From contig JANPLU010000065.1 in NCBI GenBank assembly GCA_031422435.1, forward strand, positions 1 through 32,329: a DNA stretch of 32,329 bases, in the 5' to 3' direction. Below the pieces are notes generated by a model that worked only from the letters and a program-made list of their open reading frames with translations, was not told the DNA's origin and searched no databases. Within the stretch, counting starts at the first letter, position 1, and each line of letters begins with the position of its first letter. Shown piece by piece: positions 9,850 through 17,652 of this stretch. A program made the translations under genes and the position numbers. This DNA comes from Acaryochloridaceae cyanobacterium VAR_48_metabat_390 (lineage in GTDB: Bacteria > Cyanobacteriota > Cyanobacteriia > Thermosynechococcales > Thermosynechococcaceae).

Positions 9850-9955
9850 TAGACCTATTGCACAAATATTACCCTCTCCCCCAGCCCCTCTCCCATAAAG
9901 GGCGAGGGGAGCCAGAATTAGTCCTTCTCCCTGGGGTGAAGAAAAGTTAGGTGAG
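9850..9955. repeat. Dispersed CCCCTCTCCC/GGGAGAGGGG-type palindromic repeat
   Basis: CCCTCTCCCCCAGCCCCTCTCCC-ATAAA-GGGCGAGGGG hairpin plus degenerate second unit, between convergent genes; similar to 3-97. Confidence 0.6.
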
Positions 9956-9968
9956 CGGAGTAACTGCT

Positions 9969-11330
9969 TTACTTTTTCTGAACGGCGTAGCAAAGACGAG
10001 CAATGAGGGGCTTTTGCTGCTTCATGAGTTCGGCGGTGCGAAGTCTTAACCCTCTCAAGAAGGGGAGTAGGTTATTGGTTTTGGCTCCGTCGAGGTTGCC
10101 TTCTGTGGCGTTCCAGTTATTCCACCAGTCTGGCTCGGTGAAGTCTGTGGGGGATGCGTCAAAGTTGAAGCGGTAGATCCCAGGATCAAGCTGGTCGGAC
10201 TGGATTTTGGTCTTGAAGCGAAGGGCGTTATTTTTGACGCTTAAGTCGGTAATCTGAAAACCCTGAGTCTCGATGGGCTGAAAGCTTTTACCCTGATATT
10301 TTTCGAGGGTGGGGGTGAGAGCGATCGCCCCTCCATCAATGGGCAATACACCATTGAGCGCACGATAGGGAATTTCGACATCGGTAGGTTGGCTATCTGT
10401 CTTTTTAGTGACGACCAAAAACTGAACCGGATCGGTAGACTTGGTTTTGCGTACCATTACGCGACTGTCATTGAGGGCTTTGGGCTGAAGGATATCTTTG
10501 CGAGGGGCAGATTTAACTTCGTTGACGTTAAGGGTTGCAGGTTGCTCAACGGGTTGGGGAGAGAAGATCACAAACTCATTCTCTACGGCACTAAGTCCGT
10601 TGCGCTGGAGCTGGTCGAAGAAGTGGTTGATGTTGCCGTAGCTGCCAATCAAAATGACGTAAAACGGATGAAAGGCTTTGGCGGGTTTGCCAGGAGTAGC
10701 GTATTCAAAGTTTTGGTTAGAGATGCCTACGTCATAGACGGTGCCTTTGAACTCACTTTTGACGGCTAAAATGCCTACGGCATAGCCTTGACTGAGGTAG
10801 CGCTGAGCCAATAAGTTTTGAACTAACCTTACGTCGGCATCTTTTTGATATAGGTCTGTGACAACTAAGCTGAGTTGATTTTCGGCTGGATCGCTGAGGG
10901 CTGCGTCAATACGGCTGGTGCTGAATTCAGCTCCGCCTTGGTAAAAGGCGGGGAGCTGCGCTTTAAGGAAGGTGTCTCGATCAATGGTCTGCTTTTGGGT
11001 GCCAAACCGATAGTATTTTGTGGTGGCGCTATTCCAGCCTGTGGAAGAAGCGCTGTCGATGAGGCGAAGGGTTTTGTTATATCGACTGTCTGGCAAACCG
11101 TTGACGTAGCCCTGCATGGAGGGGGTGCCATCGAGTAATAGCGAAAGCTGTATAGATGGGGTTTGCTTAAGCCGAGCGGTGGCTTCGGCTGAGGGGGTAG
11201 GCAGCGCGCAGGAGAGGGGCTGTTGGTTGGGGCTACATCCAGAGAGTAGATAGGCTGCGGCGATCGCCCCCCAACCTGTCAAAGTGTTGATTTTTCTGGG
11301 CTGAAATCTTAGACGGGAGGTAAATTTCAC
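9969..11330 (-). CDS. Putative lipoprotein with vWA/MIDAS-like N-terminal domain
   Basis: GTG start; lipobox-like LLSGC; LLLDGTPSM (DxTxS) and LVVTD motifs. Confidence 0.7.
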   Translation of the reverse strand: MKFTSRLRFQPRKINTLTGWGAIAAAYLLSGCSPNQQPLSCALPTPSAEATARLKQTPSIQLSLLLDGTPSMQGYVNGLPDSRYNKTLRLIDSASSTGWNSATTKYYRFGTQKQTIDRDTFLKAQLPAFYQGGAEFSTSRIDAALSDPAENQLSLVVTDLYQKDADVRLVQNLLAQRYLSQGYAVGILAVKSEFKGTVYDVGISNQNFEYATPGKPAKAFHPFYVILIGSYGNINHFFDQLQRNGLSAVENEFVIFSPQPVEQPATLNVNEVKSAPRKDILQPKALNDSRVMVRKTKSTDPVQFLVVTKKTDSQPTDVEIPYRALNGVLPIDGGAIALTPTLEKYQGKSFQPIETQGFQITDLSVKNNALRFKTKIQSDQLDPGIYRFNFDASPTDFTEPDWWNNWNATEGNLDGAKTNNLLPFLRGLRLRTAELMKQQKPLIARLCYAVQKK

Positions 11331-11384
11331 GCTTAACAGTTGTTCTAAATGGGTTGCAGCTCACAATCTTAAAAATACCGTACC

Positions 11385-12887
11385 CTAAGCAATTTTTTGC
11401 CAAATTTTAACGGTGTGGTTATCTCCACCGGAAACGAGTTTTTTGCCGTCGGGAGAAAAAGCAACGGGATAACAGCCATCTAGGGTATTGAGCAGTTGAC
11501 CTGTAGGAAGATCCCAGAGTTTGACGGTGCGATCGCCGCCCCCGCTAACAATGGTTTTTCCATCGGGGCTAATGGCAACCGAAATGATACCTGGAGCATG
11601 AGCTGTGATGGAATGGCGAACAAATCCTGCGCTTAAGTCCCAGATTTTTAAGTTTCCGTCAGTACTGGCGCTGACGAGAGTTTGACCGTCTGAGCTAAGG
11701 GCTAAAGCGTGAATCCAAGACTGATGCCCTGTCAAAAAGTGGCGCAGCTTCCCAGTGTCAATGTTCCATAGACCAATGCTTTGATCAACACTTCCGCTAA
11801 CAAGTGTTGTTCCGTCAGAGCTAAGGGCGATGGCGGTCACAGAAGCAGCATGTCCTGGCAGCATTCTCAATAGACTACCCGTCTGGACATTCCAAATTTT
11901 GATGGTTTGGTCTGCCCCCGCGCTGATCAGCTTTTGACCGGAAGGGGTAAATAGAACGGCATGGACTGGCCCATTATGGCTTTTGGCTGTGCCGCTCTGC
12001 ATAAAAGTCCGCAAAAGCTTATGTGATTCTAGATGCCATGCGGTCACTTTTTGGTCAAAACAGCCGCTGGCGATGAATTGCGCGTTGGGGCTTATGGCAA
12101 CTGATGTGACAGCTTGCGATTGCCCCACAAAAGAGAAGTTGTAGCGTCTAGTGTTTAGATCCCATAGGTAGAGGGCGCGATCATCGCTGCCACTGGCAAA
12201 CCAGTTTCCATTTGCACTGATGGTTATTGCGTTAACAGTAGATCTATGGGCTTTAAGCGTGTGCAGACATTCCCATGCGCTAGCTGTTGTTAACTGGGCT
12301 GGAGAAGGAGAGGTGGCGCTTTCTATGTCAACCCACGCTACATCCGTTGGTTTTGCGTCTCGTTCTGCCCAGAATGTATCACGGGCTGTTTGGGCGATGG
12401 TGAGTTCTTCTTTATGGACTTCGGTGAGATTGGTGGTTAGGGTTTTGGCGATCGCCGTTTCCCAGTCTTCTGCAGTTAGCTGAACCACATTATTGGCTGA
12501 TTTAAGCTGATCTTTAGGTACATTAGGCTCTGAGCTTGGTTTTGGCTTAATGCTAGAGACATTAAAACCTCTTGGGAAGATGGTTTTATCGCTATAAAGC
12601 GAACCATCAAGGGTCGCGCCATCCAAGTTTGCACCTTCTAAATTTGTTCCGCGTAGATCAGCTCCTGATAAGTCTGAACGACTAAGATCGGCGAAGGATA
12701 AATTTACTCCTTCACTCAGATTTGCTCGGCTTAAATTAGCACAGCTTAAATTAGTATTTTGAAGATTTGCGTCCCTCAAATCAATCTCAGAAAGACAAGC
12801 CCAAGCAATATTTTCACCTGCAAGATCGATGCCTTGAAAATCTCGTTTCCCCATAGAGTATTGATTTAGAAACTCTCTCGATTTCAT
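11385..12887 (-). CDS. Pentapeptide-repeat + WD40 beta-propeller protein
   Basis: 108-aa pentapeptide module, linker, then ~7 GH...WD/WN repeats. Confidence 0.9.
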   Translation of the reverse strand: MKSREFLNQYSMGKRDFQGIDLAGENIAWACLSEIDLRDANLQNTNLSCANLSRANLSEGVNLSFADLSRSDLSGADLRGTNLEGANLDGATLDGSLYSDKTIFPRGFNVSSIKPKPSSEPNVPKDQLKSANNVVQLTAEDWETAIAKTLTTNLTEVHKEELTIAQTARDTFWAERDAKPTDVAWVDIESATSPSPAQLTTASAWECLHTLKAHRSTVNAITISANGNWFASGSDDRALYLWDLNTRRYNFSFVGQSQAVTSVAISPNAQFIASGCFDQKVTAWHLESHKLLRTFMQSGTAKSHNGPVHAVLFTPSGQKLISAGADQTIKIWNVQTGSLLRMLPGHAASVTAIALSSDGTTLVSGSVDQSIGLWNIDTGKLRHFLTGHQSWIHALALSSDGQTLVSASTDGNLKIWDLSAGFVRHSITAHAPGIISVAISPDGKTIVSGGGDRTVKLWDLPTGQLLNTLDGCYPVAFSPDGKKLVSGGDNHTVKIWQKIA

Positions 12888-12905
12888 ATTGGCAGGCTAG
12901 TAAAT

Positions 12906-13772
12906 CTATCGGTTAAGCTCAGGGGCATTTTGGGCTAAGTATTCTCTAAAAACCTGACGAGCGGCTTTATGTTCTCCATTAGGCATTAAGTCAGATAACC
13001 ACCAAGTCCACTGACATTGATAGCTTTTAGGTTCATCGGTGGCAATAAGACGGGCAAGATGTTCACAATTCCACAAAGTAGAATAGGCCCAATCACCAAA
13101 GACGGAGCGTGCGTAGATGAGACGCTCAATGGTCTTTTGGGGACTAAATACAATACTGTCAATGCCTTCTACAACTTTTGCATCTTGCTTCTCAAAAGGC
13201 TGTAATCCTTTGCCAGTGTCAAAAATATACCGATCTGACAAACCAATTCCGTAGTGCCAAAAAGGATCAGAGGGGTTTTGCCAGTTGAGCAGCCGTCCAT
13301 AACGCTTACTCTTAGTGTCAAATTGGTCTTTGAGTGCTTTGATACTGTCCTGGAATAAAACTGGTTGTTGAGTTGTTTTACCAGACGGAGTTTCTAAGGC
13401 TTGACAATATTCGCTAATGATTGCGGACGGCTTAATCTGAGAACGGTCAAAGCCTTGAGGAAATTGTGTGTTCGAGTTATGGAGGACACCATCTAGTGTG
13501 GCAGAATCTAGACTGGCTCCTATTAAATTAGCATCGTATAAATCTGCACCGCTTAAATCTGCACGACTTAGGTTTGCAAAAGACAAATTTGTCTTTTCAC
13601 TTAAGTTAGCATCACATAAGTTTGCTCCGCTCAGGTTAACATCTTGTAGGTCAGACGCTCTAAGATCTATTTTAGTCAGCGTTGCCCAAGCTAAGTTTTC
13701 GCCCCTTAAACAAACACCTCTAAAATTACGCTGCCCACTTTTGTATTTTTCAACTAACTCTTTAGCTTTCAT
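12906..13772 (-). CDS. Pentapeptide-repeat + LRAT/NC (permuted NlpC/P60-like) domain protein
   Basis: 108-aa pentapeptide module; C-terminal WHYGIG and WNCEHLA motifs. Confidence 0.8.
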   Translation of the reverse strand: MKAKELVEKYKSGQRNFRGVCLRGENLAWATLTKIDLRASDLQDVNLSGANLCDANLSEKTNLSFANLSRADLSGADLYDANLIGASLDSATLDGVLHNSNTQFPQGFDRSQIKPSAIISEYCQALETPSGKTTQQPVLFQDSIKALKDQFDTKSKRYGRLLNWQNPSDPFWHYGIGLSDRYIFDTGKGLQPFEKQDAKVVEGIDSIVFSPQKTIERLIYARSVFGDWAYSTLWNCEHLARLIATDEPKSYQCQWTWWLSDLMPNGEHKAARQVFREYLAQNAPELNR

Positions 13773-13824
13773 GTTGTAATTTAGAAGCTGACAGGGCTGA
13801 ATTTAGTCTATACACATAACTATA

Positions 13825-13833
13825 AGTATTCCC
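13825..13833 (-). promoter_or_regulatory. Putative SigF/SigJ-type promoter element GGGAATACT
   Basis: Exact GGGAATACT on the minus strand ~53 nt upstream of ATG 13772. Confidence 0.45.
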
Positions 13834-13866
13834 AAAAAGAGAGGAAACGCGATCGCTTCTTCATTC

Positions 13867-14439
13867 CTAGAAAATCCCCTTCAGGTTCAGTACAAAACCA
13901 GGCAAAACATCTTCACCTAAAACCTGAGTTGGGGACTGAAGCACTTCAACTTGCTTTCCAATTCGGTAAATTTCAACCATCCGGTCTTGAGGATTGAGCA
14001 GAAACCCTAATAAAACGCCATTTTCGATGTATTCCTGCATTTTGTTTTGTACAGACTTAAGGCGATCGCTGGCAGACCGTAGCTCAATCACAAAATCTGG
14101 TGCAAGGGGTAAAAACCCTTCTGGATTTGGGTTAAATGCCGTAATTCTTTCCTTTACGACCCAAGCCGCATCAGGAGAGCGAACAGCACCATTAGGTAAA
14201 ATAAAGCCTGTTGAGGAATCAAACACAATTCCCAGACCTGCTTGGCGATTCCATAAACCCAAGTCAATCGTAAGATTCGCATTTCGTCTGCCAGATTCCC
14301 ATCCTGTTGGCGGCATCACAATCAGTTCTCCCTTAGCCGTCAGTTCCAGTCTAATATCACGGTTGTCTCGACAAAGCTCACGAAATTGCTCATGGTTTAA
14401 ATGAGTGATCGAGTCTAAATTCAGCGTCAGGGCAGTCAT
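13867..14439 (-). CDS. Uma2-family (PD-(D/E)xK) endonuclease
   Basis: GELIVMPPTG, DSSTGF.LPNGA.RSPDAAW, PDFVIELRS. Confidence 0.93.
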   Translation of the reverse strand: MTALTLNLDSITHLNHEQFRELCRDNRDIRLELTAKGELIVMPPTGWESGRRNANLTIDLGLWNRQAGLGIVFDSSTGFILPNGAVRSPDAAWVVKERITAFNPNPEGFLPLAPDFVIELRSASDRLKSVQNKMQEYIENGVLLGFLLNPQDRMVEIYRIGKQVEVLQSPTQVLGEDVLPGFVLNLKGIF

Positions 14440-14591
14440 AAAACAGCCTCAGAAAGCAGTAACTAAAGCTTAACATTGCTGCTACTAATAGCAGAACTGT
14501 ACTAGAGATATACGCAGGCAGCTCTTATCTTCAATAGATTTCGCCCTCCATCGTCCGGTATCATGACAAGACCTTATGTCATCTTCAGTCA

Positions 14592-15443
14592 ATGTCCTTT
14601 GATAACCTGTGCAAGCTTTTATCAGAAAAGCATCCAGATCGTTTTGCGACCTGGATTTTGGGTCAACCCCTCACCGCCGTAAAAGTGCTCAAAACAGAAC
14701 TGAGCATTGAACCCATTCGTGCAGACTCAATTACCCTACTGCAAACCCAAGACCGGATTTTGCACCTAGAGTTTCAGGTCAAGCTCAGTTCAGACCCGCC
14801 TCTACCGCTCAGAATGTTGGACTACTGGGTGCGGTTACACCGTCTCTACAGAGTGCCCATTACCCAAGTCTTAATTTTGCTTTGTGAGCCAGACAATGCT
14901 GAAACCATCGAAACTGCATTCGTCCTAGAAAAAACCCGACATGAATATCAAGTGCTAAAAATGTGGGAGCAAGACCCCTCCACATTTCTAGAAGATGAGG
15001 CTTTATTAGCCTTAGCGCCTTTGGCAGCAGCCACAATGCCAGAAAGACTTTTGAGCCAGGTTGCAGCTCAAGTCAGTACAATAGAATCAAACTCGGTACG
15101 CCAAACTATATCTTCCTATGTCCAGATTTTGGCTGGTTTAAGATTCAAAAAAGCTCTCATTCGGCAGATATTTCAGGAGGGGATGATGCGTGAGTCTGTA
15201 ATTTACCAAGACATTCTGAAAAAAGGTGAACGTAAAGGTGAACGTAAAGGCAAGCAGGAAGGCAAACAGGAAGAGTGTCTTGCCCTCGTCCTTCGCTTAC
15301 TGATGCGACGACTGGGCACATTAGAGCGTGGGGTGCTTTCTCAAGTCACAGATCTTCCACTGGTTGTATTAGAAGATTTGGCAGAAGCACTCCTTGATTT
15401 TTCGACCGCTGCCGATCTCAATGAGTGGCTACGGTCACGATAG
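14592..15443 (+). CDS. Rpn-family PD-(D/E)xK nuclease / putative transposase with C-terminal DUF4351
   Basis: FDNLCK, PIRADS, LHLEFQ, RMLDY; G(E/K)xxG repeats; LEDLAEALLDF...WL tail. Confidence 0.9.
   Translation: MSFDNLCKLLSEKHPDRFATWILGQPLTAVKVLKTELSIEPIRADSITLLQTQDRILHLEFQVKLSSDPPLPLRMLDYWVRLHRLYRVPITQVLILLCEPDNAETIETAFVLEKTRHEYQVLKMWEQDPSTFLEDEALLALAPLAAATMPERLLSQVAAQVSTIESNSVRQTISSYVQILAGLRFKKALIRQIFQEGMMRESVIYQDILKKGERKGERKGKQEGKQEECLALVLRLLMRRLGTLERGVLSQVTDLPLVVLEDLAEALLDFSTAADLNEWLRSR
15186..15443 (+). CDS. Candidate intragenic small protein (RpnS-like antitoxin, DUF4351 only)
   Basis: AGGAGG at 15175-15180 followed by in-frame ATGs at 15183 and 15186; 85 aa. Confidence 0.5.
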   Translation: MRESVIYQDILKKGERKGERKGKQEGKQEECLALVLRLLMRRLGTLERGVLSQVTDLPLVVLEDLAEALLDFSTAADLNEWLRSR

Positions 15444-15469
15444 CGTCATTTTCTGCGCTGCCTACAGCG

Positions 15470-16480
15470 TTATTTGGGTGACGTGACAGAAATGACCAAC
15501 ATAAGACCCCAGAAAATGATCCCTGCGATCGCCCAAGCCCGTTGATGATTCTTAAACGCCTTAATGCTCTCCCATTTACGGCTTTGCCAAGCCCAGGTAT
15601 TGCCATTGGCTGCCATTCCGATCGCAAACCCAACCGTAATCAAACCACCCCATCCAGGAATCCACATTAACAGCCATAGCCACAACCCACCCGATAGACG
15701 ATTGGGTAAAAACCAAAACCAGGGCAACAAAAACGCACCCCAATTCCAGCTTCCTTTAATACTGGCGGGTACAACGCTTGACTTGCCTTGACCGGAAGTA
15801 TTGGGGCTAAAGACATCTTGAGCGCTAATCGGTTGGGGTGATGACGCAGAAGTCCAGTTCGTTGGCTTTGGTTCTTGCCAGTCGGTAATGGCTGCATCGG
15901 CGACACGGCGTACCTTTTGCAAGAGTTCTTTGGCAAGGTCAAGGTTAGGATTTACAGGGGCTGGCTGGGGTGAGGTTGGCTGAGAAGGGCGATCGCCATA
16001 AGCAAGCGTCTTCTTTCTCCCTTTTGGCGGATGGCTACTTGAGTACTGCTCTAGGTCAACCTCTGGCTGGGCTGGCTCTGAAATGACTGCGACTGGCTGA
16101 AGGGTGCCAGATGCAGACTCTGGGTGCGCAGCGATCGCCCCTGCCCTTATCGGGTCAAAACCTAGAGGAAATTTTGTAGTTTCGTTATAAACCGCCCCTT
16201 CAAGCTGAATACCTTCTAGGTTTGCCCCTTCTAGACGGGTGCCTTTTAGATTTGTATTGCGGAAATCCGCTCGACTTAAATCAGCAAAGGTTAAATTAGT
16301 TTCGCCACTAAAGTTAGACTCGCTAAGGTTAGCGCCGCTAAGGTTCGCATGGCTAAGGTCTGCACCCTGAAAATTCACCCCCGTCAGCTCAACCCAGACT
16401 AAATTTACGCCCGATAGCTGTACGCCACTAAAGTTTCGTTCTCCGGCTTTATACTGCGCTTTGAGTTGAGTAATATCCAT
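15470..16480 (-). CDS. Pentapeptide-repeat + Trp-rich membrane domain (WNWGAF) protein
   Basis: 108-aa pentapeptide module, Pro-rich linker, WNWGAFLL...GNTWAW...F..HQRAW membrane domain. Confidence 0.85.
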   Translation of the reverse strand: MDITQLKAQYKAGERNFSGVQLSGVNLVWVELTGVNFQGADLSHANLSGANLSESNFSGETNLTFADLSRADFRNTNLKGTRLEGANLEGIQLEGAVYNETTKFPLGFDPIRAGAIAAHPESASGTLQPVAVISEPAQPEVDLEQYSSSHPPKGRKKTLAYGDRPSQPTSPQPAPVNPNLDLAKELLQKVRRVADAAITDWQEPKPTNWTSASSPQPISAQDVFSPNTSGQGKSSVVPASIKGSWNWGAFLLPWFWFLPNRLSGGLWLWLLMWIPGWGGLITVGFAIGMAANGNTWAWQSRKWESIKAFKNHQRAWAIAGIIFWGLMLVISVTSPK

Positions 16481-16516
16481 TGGTACAGGTTAGCAACCAA
16501 TCAAAGTCTAATCAAC

Positions 16517-17518
16517 TTATTTAAAAATGCGGGTAGGACTCCCAACCTCTCCACTGCCCACTTTTTGAGTCATAAACTGGGCAAATTGAGCGGCTCGTTG
16601 TTGAGTGGTAAAGGAGGCTACCTGAATCGACTGTATTCCAATATCTTTGCGTGTGATCACTAAAGCATCACGGCAAAAGTTTGCATTGACGTTGCTGAGT
16701 GTATTGGGTGAATTACTAACAAAGACAGGATAAAAATCTACTGGGAAATCGTTGATATTAGTAGGGAGTGGGTCGCCACAACTGTTCTGTGGATACTGAA
16801 TGGCTTCAAAAGGATTGGTTTGAGTCTGAATTAGAGTGGATGGCTTAAATAAGTTCATAGCAGCAAAGCCCAACCCCAGAACCAGAAATATTCCAAACGA
16901 TACACCCAGACATGATGCATTTGAGTTTTTGGTCGTAGGTGCTGCTGCTGACGTTGGGGCAACAGTCACATTCGTGGCAGGAAACAATACCGAATCATCA
17001 GGGTTAACAGCAGGAGGCGGGGTGTTTCCTATGGTGGTTTGAATCGGAGAGAAAATCTGTGAGGGTGGTTCAGCAATAGGTTCTGGTACAAGAACTGTAC
17101 TTTGGGCTGTTTGGGCTTTCAATTGGGTGACGCTGGCAATTCGGCTCTGGCGCTCTAGCTCTTGTGCTGCGATGCCACCTGCCGCTGCAATATCAAAACC
17201 TACGGGGAAAACCGTCTTTTGGTCATAGATGGCACCTTGGGCGATCGCCCGTTCCAAACTCGCCCCTTCCAGATTTGCGCCACTTAAATTCGCTCCAGAC
17301 AGATCGGCTCCATTAAGTTTGGCATAGCCTAAGTTTGTCCCTTCGCTGAAGTCTGCGCGACCCAGCAGCGAATCCATAAACTGAGTGCCGTAAAGATCGG
17401 CTCCTCTAAAGTCAGCTTCGCGTAGGTCTAGCCCACTCAGGTCTACGCCGCTGAGGTCTGCTTTTTGGAAACTGCGATCGCCCTTGTCATAGCGTTGCTT
17501 TAGCTGATTTCTATCCAT
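16517..17518 (-). CDS. Pentapeptide-repeat + single TM + extracytoplasmic domain protein
   Basis: 108-aa pentapeptide module, Pro/Thr linker, TM (LGVSFGIFLVLGLGFAAM), C-terminal domain with SCGD...FYPVFV...NFCRD...QVASF. Confidence 0.85.
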   Translation of the reverse strand: MDRNQLKQRYDKGDRSFQKADLSGVDLSGLDLREADFRGADLYGTQFMDSLLGRADFSEGTNLGYAKLNGADLSGANLSGANLEGASLERAIAQGAIYDQKTVFPVGFDIAAAGGIAAQELERQSRIASVTQLKAQTAQSTVLVPEPIAEPPSQIFSPIQTTIGNTPPPAVNPDDSVLFPATNVTVAPTSAAAPTTKNSNASCLGVSFGIFLVLGLGFAAMNLFKPSTLIQTQTNPFEAIQYPQNSCGDPLPTNINDFPVDFYPVFVSNSPNTLSNVNANFCRDALVITRKDIGIQSIQVASFTTQQRAAQFAQFMTQKVGSGEVGSPTRIFK

Positions 17519-17652
17519 AAATTGATTCGTCGCGCAAAGATCGTCAACTTAAAAATTGTGCTTTGAATTAATGCTCCCAAAAATGCTTAGCGGCAATAAA
17601 TTCTCTAAGGATTTGAGGAAACCCAAAACCTTAAAATTCAGCAAGGTTATCG

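Noticed and set aside
9724..9993. 89-aa minus-strand ORF (PQGEGL...GRGAGGEG)
   Set aside because: Translation of the dispersed palindromic repeat plus antisense of lptA
11385..17518. Diversity-generating retroelement or shufflon behind the variable tails
   Set aside because: No reverse transcriptase, recombinase or near-identical nucleotide repeats; the heads are strongly diverged
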